The notes under the pieces are model-generated. The model did no database searches. It was not told the origin of the DNA and saw nothing but the letters and a program-made list of their open reading frames with translations. From an uncultured virus (IMG/VR IMGVR_UViG_3300020564_000003) (taxonomy: Duplodnaviria > Heunggongvirae > Uroviricota > Caudoviricetes): DNA of 33,328 bases. The stretch is taken from the IMG/VR virus record IMGVR_UViG_3300020564_000003; one strand, 5' to 3'. The first letter of the stretch is position 1. Each line of letters begins with the position of its first letter. Below, piece by piece: positions 18,834 to 27,244 of this stretch. The position numbers and the translations under genes were made by a program.

Positions 18834-19223
18834 TTACTTCTTGCCTTTAGGCTGTTTGTTACTAGCCGCTGCAGAACGTGCTTGTTTCCTTGCTTTCTGT
18901 GCTGCTTTACGAGCAGCGGTTGTATCTTCTTTTGCTTTTGCTTCTCCTTTTGCAGCTTTGTCTGCTTTTGCTCTTGCTTTCTCTTCTGCAAAAGGGCGAG
19001 TCTTATCTCTAATGACTGTAATAATCTTCTTTGGGTGAGGAGTGGTAATCACTTTAATTACGTGGTCAATATTGTCTGGGTCACGGTCTTCGTGAAGGAT
19101 ATTTCCATTTTCTTGTGTTGTTTGACGACCACTCTTTACTACATTTGAAGCAAGGCGATAGTCTACATCTCGTTCAAAAGAACGGTCTCCTGCGTGGTAT
19201 GAAGTGGCTAATGGAAGTGACAT
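18834..19223 (-). CDS. Hypothetical protein, DUF4258/RelE-like N-terminus plus Lys/Ala tail
   Basis: SYHA.DR..ER.V...IITV pattern; TATCCT -10 lies 7 nt before ATG (leaderless). Confidence 0.5.
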   Translation of the reverse strand: MSLPLATSYHAGDRSFERDVDYRLASNVVKSGRQTTQENGNILHEDRDPDNIDHVIKVITTPHPKKIITVIRDKTRPFAEEKARAKADKAAKGEAKAKEDTTAARKAAQKARKQARSAAASNKQPKGKK

Positions 19224-19242
19224 AAGTACAAGGATAAAGAAA

Positions 19243-19264
19243 AAGCCCTGATTTCTCAGGGCTT
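19243..19264 (-). terminator. Intrinsic terminator
   Basis: Minus strand AAGCCCTGA-GAAA-TCAGGGCTT followed by T-tract. Confidence 0.8.
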
Positions 19265-19268
19265 ATTC

Positions 19269-19427
19269 TTACTTACTTAAAATCCGTTTGGCTTCATTAG
19301 CCTTAATGCTCATAAATCCAGTCTTTCTTGGATTCATACTTCCAGGCTTCTTATAACCTTCGCCTTTAGGCATATTTGCAATTCTGGTTGCTAATGCTGC
19401 TGCAACCTTGTCGTGATGCTTTGCCAT
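19269..19427 (-). CDS. 52-aa basic protein (absent from the ORF track)
   Basis: MAKHHDKVAAALATRIANMPKGEGYKKPGSMNPRKTGFMSIKANEAKRILSK; SD AGGGGG, TACACT -10, own terminator. Confidence 0.7.
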   Translation of the reverse strand: MAKHHDKVAAALATRIANMPKGEGYKKPGSMNPRKTGFMSIKANEAKRILSK

Positions 19428-19470
19428 TTACTACCCCCTTTCCTTCTCTGAGTGTAACACAAAAAGAAAA

Positions 19471-19490
19471 CCCCCTCATTTCTGAGGGGG
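19471..19490 (-). terminator. Intrinsic terminator
   Basis: Minus strand CCCCCTCA-GAAA-TGAGGGGG followed by TTTTCTTTTT. Confidence 0.8.
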
Positions 19491-19551
19491 CTTCCATTAT
19501 GCGCCTGCTTTTGCTATGGCTTTTGCTTTTTGCTTTGGCTACGACTTATGC

Positions 19552-20076
19552 TTAAGAAGGGAACTTCTTTAACCAACGCTTTACAACGTCAGTCTCTGTT
19601 CCTTTCCACGCGCTCCAGTCTTTACCTCCACCGCTCATAAAATAAGCGATTTGGGCATTTACCACAGGGTTGAACAGTTCAGCATTTGAAGCCAAATTGA
19701 ACTTATCCCTTCTTGCATCTCCCAATGAACCAATCATATTGATTTGGAATAGACCGTAGGAGTTGTCTCCTGTCTTACGATTACCGTTGTGAGATAGAGG
19801 GCTACCGTGTGATTCTTTCATCGCAATAGCCCACGCTTCTTTAAGGTCTTGACCTTTGAAGCCTACGGCTTGCAGTAACTCAACTAACTGAGGGTCAGTT
19901 AAATCATCTGCATTGACATACTTGGAAAGTACATCTTCTTGCGTTTCTTGCTCTACTGCTTGTGCTTCGGCTTTTTCTGGACTAAGGGCTGGTGGTAAAA
20001 CCACCATTCCTAAAGCCAAAAACATCGCTGTAAACAACGACCCAAACACAATCTTTCCTTTTGTTGTTAGTTTCAT
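19552..20076 (-). CDS. Secreted/membrane-anchored lytic transglycosylase (SLT/Rpf-like)
   Basis: N-terminal hydrophobic signal, catalytic AMKES, YGLFQIN, NPVVNA..A, WSAW; SD GGAG. Confidence 0.85.
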   Translation of the reverse strand: MKLTTKGKIVFGSLFTAMFLALGMVVLPPALSPEKAEAQAVEQETQEDVLSKYVNADDLTDPQLVELLQAVGFKGQDLKEAWAIAMKESHGSPLSHNGNRKTGDNSYGLFQINMIGSLGDARRDKFNLASNAELFNPVVNAQIAYFMSGGGKDWSAWKGTETDVVKRWLKKFPS

Positions 20077-20078
20077 AA

Positions 20079-21446
20079 TCACTCCAAATAGTCATTCACA
20101 ACCTCGGCTGCGTTTGACTGCTGGTGGCGGATACGATGCAGGTATCTCTCCGTAGTTACGATTGACTGGTGACCTAACCGCTCTTTGACCTCGTGCACAT
20201 CTACCCCGTTCTTTAACAACTGGGTAGCGTTAGCGTGCCGTAGGTCGTGAGTGGTTGGATACCAACCAATCCCTGACTTGTTGATGGCTTCGTTCCAAAT
20301 GGCTCGCCACTTGTCACGAGGTAGGTGTCCGTCGCTTTTGCTAAGGCTTTTGCTATGGCTTTTGCTAAGGCTTTCGCTTTTGCTATGGCTTTTGCTATGG
20401 CTTTCGCTTTTGCTAAGGCTTTCTACCTTGCCCTTTCCCTTGTCCTTTCTATAGTGATTGCGGTACTCCCTGACCGCTTCCTTACATACCTGACACCTAC
20501 AACCGCCCACATTGTACGAATACGCTGTTGCGTGTTGGAATGTCCTGCTTCCAATGGTGTAAGGCTTCCCTACTACGCTTGTGGTAGGGCTTTCTATTTT
20601 ACTCCTCTTCTCAACCAGGTGCTTTGAGAAGAGCAGGTCTTCTTTTGCTAAGGCTTTTGCCTTTACAAACTTCTTTATCTCTGCTACTAGAGCTGAGCTC
20701 AGAACAACAGTTCGTTTGTTGCCGTTTTTTGTTGCTGGAACAACAAGAAATCTTGTCCCCTCGGACTTTGTCCCTGCGGGCTGGTATGCGTAGCCAACAT
20801 CTGAAACTGTGCGCCTGACATAGACTTCTTTGGATTGGAAGTTAAAGTCTTTGACTCTGAGTTCTGTGGCTTCCCCATAACGGCAGCCAGAGGCTATGAG
20901 AAACTGGGCTAAAAGAACGCTTCCGTCTGTGGGTAAGTTCTTTAAGATAGCCTGAAAGTCTTTAGGCTCTAGGGTGTAGGTGGGGTCAGGCTTGGGCGTG
21001 CTTAGTCTTATGCGGTGGGTTGGGTTTGTGGCTATTGCGTCATCATCAACGGCGAGCCTGAATAAAGAACCTAAAGAAGTCTTTAGGTGTGAGAGTGTGC
21101 TTGGGCTAACCCCTTTGCTTGCGAGGTTATCCAACAATGCCTTAATGTCTTTCTTGGTAATTGCGGAGATGCGCTTAGAACCTAAAGAAGGTTGGGCATA
21201 CTTCTTTAGCAGGGTGATGTAGTTCTTACGGGTGATTACTCTGATGTCGGGTGAAAGTGCTAATTGCTCTAAGTAAGTGTTGAATGTCTTTTGGTTTTCG
21301 GGCATTAGATTAAACTCGCCTTCTTCGGCAAGTAATCCAGCGTTAAGTGCTTTAGCCCTAGATGAGTAAGTGCCTACGGATTTGACTTTTCCGTCTTGGC
21401 GGTAATAGGCGGTAAATCGCCCTTTGCGTTTGATTGCGTAAGCCAT
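20079..21446 (-). CDS. int: Tyrosine recombinase/integrase with inserted Zn-finger and repeat
   Basis: SGCRYGE (R), TKNG (K), HDLRH, LGH, TERY (Y); SAM-like N-domain; TAGGGT -10 lies 6 nt before ATG. Confidence 0.92.
   Translation of the reverse strand: MAYAIKRKGRFTAYYRQDGKVKSVGTYSSRAKALNAGLLAEEGEFNLMPENQKTFNTYLEQLALSPDIRVITRKNYITLLKKYAQPSLGSKRISAITKKDIKALLDNLASKGVSPSTLSHLKTSLGSLFRLAVDDDAIATNPTHRIRLSTPKPDPTYTLEPKDFQAILKNLPTDGSVLLAQFLIASGCRYGEATELRVKDFNFQSKEVYVRRTVSDVGYAYQPAGTKSEGTRFLVVPATKNGNKRTVVLSSALVAEIKKFVKAKALAKEDLLFSKHLVEKRSKIESPTTSVVGKPYTIGSRTFQHATAYSYNVGGCRCQVCKEAVREYRNHYRKDKGKGKVESLSKSESHSKSHSKSESLSKSHSKSLSKSDGHLPRDKWRAIWNEAINKSGIGWYPTTHDLRHANATQLLKNGVDVHEVKERLGHQSIVTTERYLHRIRHQQSNAAEVVNDYLE
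20334..20423. repeat. Tandem array of GCTTTTGCTAWG (x6) and GCTTTC (x3) inside the integrase
   Basis: Read directly; encodes ES/LSKS/HSKS repeats. Confidence 0.95.
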
Positions 21447-21483
21447 AAGGACACCCTACCAGCGAGTAACTTATGGCGCAAAA

Positions 21484-21523
21484 AAAGGGGGATAGGTTGC
21501 CAGTTGGCAATCTATCCCCCTTT
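21484..21523 (-). terminator. Long-stem intrinsic terminator between the HNH gene and the integrase
   Basis: AAAGGGGGATAGGTTGCCA/TGGCAATCTATCCCCCTTT; T-tract on the minus strand. Confidence 0.85.
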
Positions 21524-21526
21524 AGT

Positions 21527-22120
21527 TTATTTTCTTTTTGTATCTTCTTTTGCGAGCCTGTGTATCCAAGTGTTGCGTTCAGCGTGTGTTTTCTTGCGGT
21601 GGTGATTGGAACATAACACTACACACTTAGCAAGTTCCTTCTTTAGCAAGTTCATACTTACACCTTTGGCTATTCCGTTGCTAATGTCAAACTTCTTTGA
21701 GTGTATGTGGTCAAACTCCAACATCTCTACATCAGTTTCACCGCATACTTTACAAGGGTGTTTCTTCTTGTAGTTATAGACGAACAACCTTATCTCTTGG
21801 TTCTTAGTTAAATGATTGTTCTTTTGTCTTTCACTTACACAAGGCTTACATACTCCGCTTCGTGTTGCTTGGCGGTTTTGTCTTTTAGCAAGTTGGAAAG
21901 AAGATAAGGCTTTCTTCTTACCGCACTTGCTACATTGTCTTTTGCCTTGTGACTCCAACGCTAATCGTTTTGCCGTTCTATCAGCAGAACCTTTGCGTTG
22001 AATTGCTTGGCACGACTTACACCTTGCTCGTCTGCCGTATGAACCTTGCGGAAACTTGTTAAACCTTGCTAGTGGTAGTGCCTCGTAACAACCAATACAG
22101 GTCTTAGTTCTTTGTGCTAT
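21527..22120 (-). CDS. HNH endonuclease with N-terminal Zn-finger repeats (probable ATA start)
   Basis: CKVCGE...LEFDH...KCVVLCSNHH; frame extends upstream of TTG 21958 through CIGC...CKSC. Confidence 0.8.
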   Translation of the reverse strand: MAQRTKTCIGCYEALPLARFNKFPQGSYGRRARCKSCQAIQRKGSADRTAKRLALESQGKRQCSKCGKKKALSSFQLAKRQNRQATRSGVCKPCVSERQKNNHLTKNQEIRLFVYNYKKKHPCKVCGETDVEMLEFDHIHSKKFDISNGIAKGVSMNLLKKELAKCVVLCSNHHRKKTHAERNTWIHRLAKEDTKRK

Positions 22121-22295
22121 TTGTTTTGTCCCTTCGGGCTTGGCTTGTTAAGTGCCACTTACCGCAGATTTCGCATTTGTAAGTAGCACAAGGTTTCTTT
22201 CTATTGTTATTTAGCCAATGATTTTTCCAAATCAAAGACATAGCCTTTTCTGCTTTGTATTTAGTTGGGTAAGCAGTTTTCTCTTGGCACTTCAT
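22104..22295 (-). CDS. Small phage Zn-finger protein
   Basis: C..K.AY.T...A...YKCEICGKWHLTS; ATGA coupling. Confidence 0.75.
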   Translation of the reverse strand: MKCQEKTAYPTKYKAEKAMSLIWKNHWLNNNRKKPCATYKCEICGKWHLTSQARRDKTNSTKN

Positions 22296-22456
22296 ACCCC
22301 AGTTACTTTTCTTACGCAGTTGTAACAGAACCACATCACAACTTCTTTAGCACCCATAATGTCTTTGCCATTTGCTCGGACACCTTGTTGGTTACAGTTA
22401 TCGCAGACCCATAGTTCATCTGCTTCTGTAATCTTACGAACGAATAGTGTTCCCAT
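22292..22456 (-). CDS. 54-aa Zn-ribbon protein (absent from the ORF track)
   Basis: MGTLFVRKITEADELWVCDNCNQQG...MWFCYNCVRKVTGV; SD AAGGAG, coupled at both ends. Confidence 0.7.
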   Translation of the reverse strand: MGTLFVRKITEADELWVCDNCNQQGVRANGKDIMGAKEVVMWFCYNCVRKVTGV

Positions 22457-22608
22457 TACTTCTTTCTCCTTTCATCTCTTAGTGCTACTTGAAGGATACG
22501 AACCTTCTTTTGTAACTGAATGTTCTCTTTCCAAAACAATCCCATTACTGAGAGAGAGCCAACGAGAGCGATAATCATTCCTATCATTGTTCCTGTGTCT
22601 AGTACCAT
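22456..22608 (-). CDS. 50-aa membrane protein (absent from the ORF track)
   Basis: MVLDTGTMIGMIIALVGSLSVMGLFWKENIQLQKK...; SD AAGGGA; TAATG coupling. Confidence 0.7.
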   Translation of the reverse strand: MVLDTGTMIGMIIALVGSLSVMGLFWKENIQLQKKVRILQVALRDERRKK

Positions 22609-22611
22609 TTT

Positions 22612-22800
22612 TTATTCCCTTTCTGTAACTTCGGATACAACCTTCAACACATAAGTTTTATCGTTGAGGTCTTGGTCTATCATCTGTGTCTTTGCTTTAC
22701 CCACAATAACTTCCCACAAGTTGTTAGCGGTGTGTTCGTCATTGTCTATCGTTACCGCAATCGCGGTAGTTAGTTCTACTTTGTACGACTTAATTGCCAT
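22612..22800 (-). CDS. Hypothetical protein
   Basis: ATG 22800 follows the upstream stop with SD GAAGGG. Confidence 0.6.
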   Translation of the reverse strand: MAIKSYKVELTTAIAVTIDNDEHTANNLWEVIVGKAKTQMIDQDLNDKTYVLKVVSEVTERE

Positions 22801-22807
22801 TCTTCTT

Positions 22808-23029
22808 TTACCCTTCCCATAGTGTTTCATCATCATAAACAAAACCACTTTCAACCTCAATACATCTTTCGCACCAAGTTTTAGTTTTGTATTGTCTTTT
22901 ATCTTTTGCTATCCAACCAGAGCCACTTCTTACGAACCAACTCCATTTGTTGTTGTCTATCTTCTTTATCCGAAACAGGTCGTCTTTTGTTTGATAGACA
23001 CCACTAGAAACCTGATACATCTTTAACAT
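22808..23029 (-). CDS. Hypothetical protein
   Basis: SD AAGGAG before ATG 23029. Confidence 0.65.
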   Translation of the reverse strand: MLKMYQVSSGVYQTKDDLFRIKKIDNNKWSWFVRSGSGWIAKDKRQYKTKTWCERCIEVESGFVYDDETLWEG

Positions 23030-23621
23030 TTGTTTCTCCTTCCCATAAAGAAACTTCTTGTTCATCATCTTTTGCTAAACAATCTTCGCAAAGGTTCGGT
23101 GTTTTATCTCCGTAGCACTCCACTTGGTCATAACACTCAGCGCAGTAGTGGTGACTACCCATTAAGTATTCAAGTCTTTCGCAACCTGCGCTACTTGTAT
23201 CACCGCTTTCGTCACTAATAAGTTCTCCTTTTTTATACGATTGTTCGCCCCAGTAGTCGCTACCAGTTTCATAGAAAGTATAAGTAAAAGAAAGTTTCTT
23301 AAACTCTTTTGCGAGTGCTTCAACCACAGGTACAACAGGTGACCAAGCACTCTCAAAAGAATAAACAATTACTTTGTCTTCTACTGACCCATCAAAGCGA
23401 ACCTCATTCAAGTCCCACTTGCTTCCCCAGTTAGCGACATTCCATTCGTACCAATTTGCTTCTTGGTCAATAGGTCTTGGGATAACTCTGTGGCAAGAGA
23501 AGATTGACTCAGAATGAGTTTCTGTTGCTTCTGACTTAGTAATCTCAACTTTCTTTATTAGTTTAGAAAGTTCTTTAGGACTACCTTCTATTGTTAATTC
23601 GTTACTACACCAGTTCGGCAT
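23004..23621 (-). CDS. DUF1281/YubB ferredoxin-like family protein with C-terminal Zn finger
   Basis: MPNWCSN.L.I.G, WYEWN..NWGSKWD, F.SAWSP; CAEC...CEDC. Confidence 0.8.
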   Translation of the reverse strand: MPNWCSNELTIEGSPKELSKLIKKVEITKSEATETHSESIFSCHRVIPRPIDQEANWYEWNVANWGSKWDLNEVRFDGSVEDKVIVYSFESAWSPVVPVVEALAKEFKKLSFTYTFYETGSDYWGEQSYKKGELISDESGDTSSAGCERLEYLMGSHHYCAECYDQVECYGDKTPNLCEDCLAKDDEQEVSLWEGETNVKDVSGF

Positions 23622-24261
23622 TTCCTTCTCCTTCTATCTTTCGGTTAGTTAGTTTTCTGTATGAACGCGAAGTTCCGTTGCTTGTTGTGTATCCGTAACG
23701 CACTAAACGAAACGCCAGCGCACTATGAGTAACCCCAAGTTCTTTTGCTATGCGATAACCCGATACGCCACTCTCCATTAGTTCATAGATAAGTCGTGTA
23801 TAAAGTTCTGCTTCTTCACGATTAGATTTACCTTTGCCTCTAACCATAAACGCTTTAGGTTGAAGTTCTTTTAGTTGCGCTATCACCTGTGGGTCAGGCT
23901 TTACACGCTTTACTCTTTCAACAAAGAGTTCTATTACAGGCGGTGTAACAATAGGTAAGTGCTTCACCTTTGCTAATAATTCACCAGTAGGTTCTTTTAG
24001 TCCGTAAAGACGAACGGACTCTCTTGTTATGTGTAGTGGTGTTGCCAAAGATTGAAGTGTCCAACCTGCTTTGCGTAACTCAAACACATACGCTCTGCGT
24101 TCATCTAGTGGCAAGCCAATAAGAATGTCTGAAACTTCTTTTGGCAAAGTTAAATCTGATTTAGGCACTCTAGTACCAACCAAGATTTGTTCTTTCTCTT
24201 GTTTCATTCCTTTAGTTAGTCGCTTAGATTTTGTCCCTGCGGAATTAGTTTCTAGGTTCAA
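23605..24261 (-). CDS. Double helix-turn-helix DNA-binding protein
   Basis: GWTLQSLATPLHITRESVR and GVSGYRIAKELGVTHSALAFRL; TTG start with SD AAGGAG. Confidence 0.7.
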   Translation of the reverse strand: MNLETNSAGTKSKRLTKGMKQEKEQILVGTRVPKSDLTLPKEVSDILIGLPLDERRAYVFELRKAGWTLQSLATPLHITRESVRLYGLKEPTGELLAKVKHLPIVTPPVIELFVERVKRVKPDPQVIAQLKELQPKAFMVRGKGKSNREEAELYTRLIYELMESGVSGYRIAKELGVTHSALAFRLVRYGYTTSNGTSRSYRKLTNRKIEGEGNAELV

Positions 24262-24682
24262 CGCATACTCCTTTGTTAGTCATTGTTGTTAGTCGTTCTT
24301 GTAGTTTCACTACTTGTTCAGCAAACGCTTCCCTTGCGTAGTTGTGATAGTGGTCAGGGATTTGGTCAATTACTAATTGACTTAGGTTGTGAAAGGTGTC
24401 TGTTCTGTATCGCAAACCTTTATCTTTCCTAAAGCCACGAACCTCTATTGAATAAAGATTGACCCAATCGTGTTCGGGGCGAGCATAGTTTTGATAACAG
24501 ATTTTCTCTAATCTAAACTTCTTTATCACACCTGTTGATTGGTAACTTCCGTTTCTCCATTCTGTTTCTTCAATGTCAATGATTATCTGCTCACTATCTT
24601 TTAGTGTCACATAACAATAAAAAGAAAGATTGCCACTTACATTTATACTTGTTTCTTTTTGTATCTCTAGTTGTGTTGTCAT
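24245..24682 (-). CDS. Hypothetical protein
   Basis: 145-aa ORF, SD AAGGA. Confidence 0.7.
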   Translation of the reverse strand: MTTQLEIQKETSINVSGNLSFYCYVTLKDSEQIIIDIEETEWRNGSYQSTGVIKKFRLEKICYQNYARPEHDWVNLYSIEVRGFRKDKGLRYRTDTFHNLSQLVIDQIPDHYHNYAREAFAEQVVKLQERLTTMTNKGVCVEPRN

Positions 24683-24686
24683 TTAT

Positions 24687-25013
24687 TTATTCCTTATCCC
24701 ATAGGTCTGTATCTTCTTTTGCTTCAACAACTTTGTTGATTATGTGTTCGTACTTGGTTCTTGTTTCATCTCTTAGTTCATCATTGAACCTATCCCATAC
24801 ATAGTCAGCACTATCAACGCTAGACATAACATCATCAAGAAACTCATTGTTAATAAGTTCTTTATTTAGTTCAATAGGGTTGCCGTCACTATCTGTGTAG
24901 TCGGTATCTTGAATGATGTCTATTAACTCATTCTTATCAACCCAAATTGCCCAAATCTTATCGTCTTGGTTAAGCGCAGAGAGAATGTGGATAATTTCTT
25001 TTACTGTTCTCAT
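24687..25013 (-). CDS. Acidic hypothetical protein
   Basis: ATG 25013 after the upstream stop. Confidence 0.7.
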   Translation of the reverse strand: MRTVKEIIHILSALNQDDKIWAIWVDKNELIDIIQDTDYTDSDGNPIELNKELINNEFLDDVMSSVDSADYVWDRFNDELRDETRTKYEHIINKVVEAKEDTDLWDKE

Positions 25014-25018
25014 TGTTC

Positions 25019-25330
25019 CTATTCCGTATCCCATAGTTGTTCTTCCGTTGTACCTGCTAAATAAGTTTCCATAAAGTCAGCAATAAATAATTCTGTTGCT
25101 TCATTTGTTGAGTTCATTTTGTTTTCTAATACACCACGAATACTTGCGCCTAACATTTGGTCGTGTGCTTGAACACTAAAGTTTTTGGCAACATAGTCCC
25201 ACTCGTTATCAGTTAGTAATCGTTCTTCCGTATCTAACGCCTTGAAACATTCTTTATCCCATAGCGCAACAACTAACTGTGTATCAGGTTCATACTTCTT
25301 TAGTAGTTCTTTTAATTCAGATACTTTCAT
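25019..25330 (-). CDS. Acidic hypothetical protein
   Basis: MKVSELKELLKKY N-terminus; SD AAGGA. Confidence 0.7.
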   Translation of the reverse strand: MKVSELKELLKKYEPDTQLVVALWDKECFKALDTEERLLTDNEWDYVAKNFSVQAHDQMLGASIRGVLENKMNSTNEATELFIADFMETYLAGTTEEQLWDTE

Positions 25331-25344
25331 TTCCCATTCCTTTC

Positions 25345-26052
25345 TTAGTGATACTTCTTGGCACAAATCGGTCCGATACCACCAGCAACAGATTTCAATA
25401 CTGTTAATGTCTTGCCACAATGAACACAGATACCAACTTGTGCCGAATACTTAATAGCAAGTTCTAGTGTTAAGCGGTCTGTTGTATCTAACTTGTAGAG
25501 AACACCAAACTCCTTATCGTTGCGTACATACCTCTTAGCAACATCAGAGTAAGTCCAAACACTCCAACGCTTTGTTTCAGAGTTCTGTCGGATTGAATAA
25601 ACAACTCCGTCAAGTATGTAAGCACCAACCTCTGTAATCTTCATTGGCGGTGTAACTTCTTTAGCAAACTTTAGTGCGTTGATAATCTCAGACACATCTT
25701 TGCGGTCTAGTTCTTCTAAAGAAGATACTTTGCGATTGTGTAGATAGTGATTGAGAGTTTCAGTACCGCCCTCTTTCTTTTTGATTAGTGAGTTCGCAAA
25801 AGAAAGTTGCTTTTCACTAGCAGAGTTAATGACTCCTGCTTTGTTAGGTAGCGCAAGTAACTTAGTGATTAGTTCTCCAGCACCTTGAACATTGAGTGTT
25901 GTGACATCTACATCTACAAAAGAATGTGCTTTTGTTTCTAGTAATGTCTTTATGAATTGTTGTTGTCTATCACTTGCGTATCGCACTTGGTACTCTCCGT
26001 ATCCATTTGCGCCTCTTGAACCGCCTGTGCGGTGTGTAGATAGTGTTGTCAT
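25345..26052 (-). CDS. DUF6011-type Zn-finger protein with two ASxxQ repeats
   Basis: C-terminal CVHCGKTLT...S...GIGPICA; ASDRQ/ASEKQ modules. Confidence 0.75.
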   Translation of the reverse strand: MTTLSTHRTGGSRGANGYGEYQVRYASDRQQQFIKTLLETKAHSFVDVDVTTLNVQGAGELITKLLALPNKAGVINSASEKQLSFANSLIKKKEGGTETLNHYLHNRKVSSLEELDRKDVSEIINALKFAKEVTPPMKITEVGAYILDGVVYSIRQNSETKRWSVWTYSDVAKRYVRNDKEFGVLYKLDTTDRLTLELAIKYSAQVGICVHCGKTLTVLKSVAGGIGPICAKKYH

Positions 26053-26450
26053 TCTTCGTTCTCCTTATCTTCTTTTGTCCCCTCGGACTCTTGTAGTAGT
26101 CGGTCTTGTTCATCTTGTTGTTGTGATTGCCAGTTAATTACTTCTAGTGTAATTTCTTTTTTGATTGCTCTTACTTCTTTAGCAGTTACTTGAACACACT
26201 TAACTACTTCATACAATTCTGCTTTTGCTTGGTTGTTCCAAGTTTTACAATACTTCTTGGCGTTGTGTTCTGTCGCAGAGAAAGATGAGTTGATACAACC
26301 CCACTCATTTAGTTCTTTTGTTAGAACACAATAGAAGTAATCTTTGTATGCGCTACCGCGTATCACTCTGTACCCCTTGCTATTGGTAGCAACAAAATAC
26401 TTTCGTGGTGTCTTTACATAACCTGTTCGTTCTAATAGTTCTTGACCCAT
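26049..26450 (-). CDS. Hypothetical protein
   Basis: 133-aa ORF, SD GGAG. Confidence 0.7.
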   Translation of the reverse strand: MGQELLERTGYVKTPRKYFVATNSKGYRVIRGSAYKDYFYCVLTKELNEWGCINSSFSATEHNAKKYCKTWNNQAKAELYEVVKCVQVTAKEVRAIKKEITLEVINWQSQQQDEQDRLLQESEGTKEDKENEE

Positions 26451-26451
26451 T

Positions 26452-26595
26452 TCATTCTCCGTTCTTTAGTTTTGCTTGAATGTCACTTACTTTGTGGGCA
26501 GACTCTTTGTGACCTTGTGCGTTTAAGTATTCTTTCTCCTTACCTAACGCTTCTAGTATTACTGCGAGTTCTGTATTTGTTATCTCTAGTTTCAT
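26452..26595 (-). CDS. 47-aa protein (absent from the ORF track)
   Basis: MKLEITNTELAVILEALGKEKEYLNAQGHKESAHKVSDIQAKLKNGE; TAATG coupling, fills the gap exactly. Confidence 0.65.
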   Translation of the reverse strand: MKLEITNTELAVILEALGKEKEYLNAQGHKESAHKVSDIQAKLKNGE

Positions 26596-27176
26596 TAGTA
26601 GTTTTCCTTTCCAGCGAACGCCATTTCAACTAACAACTCAAACTCTTTGAGCGATAGATTTACCTGTGCTTTGTAATCTGTTCCGTAACCGCTTGTAGTT
26701 ACTTCAACAGTTGTCTGTTCTCCTAATAGTTCTTTAGAAGTAGCAACAACAGAGTTGCGAGAGCGTTCTACTTCTTCTTCAACCTGTCGGCGTAGTTCTC
26801 GCTCTTTGCGTTGCGCTTCTTCACGCAATAGTCTTTCTGCTTCTTCTTTAGACTTCGCAGAGTTCCACTTAGGTTCAAGTACCGACCACTCGGCAACAAC
26901 ATCTGCTAGGCGTGAAGTCCAGTAATACTCTTTGCCATTGTTATCTACTGCTTTAACAACAATGCCAACAGAACGATTGCCTTGTTCTGCTTTCTTGAAA
27001 GAAGGTGAGTCTTTGCGATTGCTTGGTTCGTACTCGTACTTATCAAGTGAGTAAATAGTTGCTTTAACAACATCATTCTCACGCACTTGGTCTATGTCAC
27101 GACTTGCCTTTGAGTTGTATGTCCAAGAAGGAACGATTGCGTACTCGCCATTTAATTTGATTTCAGATAGTTTCAT
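26595..27176 (-). CDS. Hypothetical protein with coiled-coil segment
   Basis: 193-aa ORF, SD GGAG. Confidence 0.75.
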   Translation of the reverse strand: MKLSEIKLNGEYAIVPSWTYNSKASRDIDQVRENDVVKATIYSLDKYEYEPSNRKDSPSFKKAEQGNRSVGIVVKAVDNNGKEYYWTSRLADVVAEWSVLEPKWNSAKSKEEAERLLREEAQRKERELRRQVEEEVERSRNSVVATSKELLGEQTTVEVTTSGYGTDYKAQVNLSLKEFELLVEMAFAGKENY

Positions 27177-27205
27177 TTGTATTACTCCGTTTCGTATTTG
27201 TTATT

Positions 27206-27230
27206 GGGGGCAACCGATTTGATTGCCCCC
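27206..27230 (-). other. 10-bp intergenic stem-loop without U-tract
   Basis: Minus strand GGGGGCAATC-AAATC-GGTTGCCCCC. Confidence 0.65.
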
Positions 27231-27244
27231 ATTGTGTAACTTCT

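Noticed and set aside
20334..20423. CRISPR-like array (Cas4-like gene elsewhere in the window)
   Set aside because: Tandem short units with no spacers; Cas4-like exonucleases are routine in phage replication modules
20251..20627. Plus-strand ORFs with LLLW/AFAKA repeats
   Set aside because: Antisense shadows of the integrase repeat; no SD or operon context
21447..21526. attP site beside the integrase
   Set aside because: The 80-bp gap is explained by a terminator and a leaderless promoter; no tRNA-like core is visible
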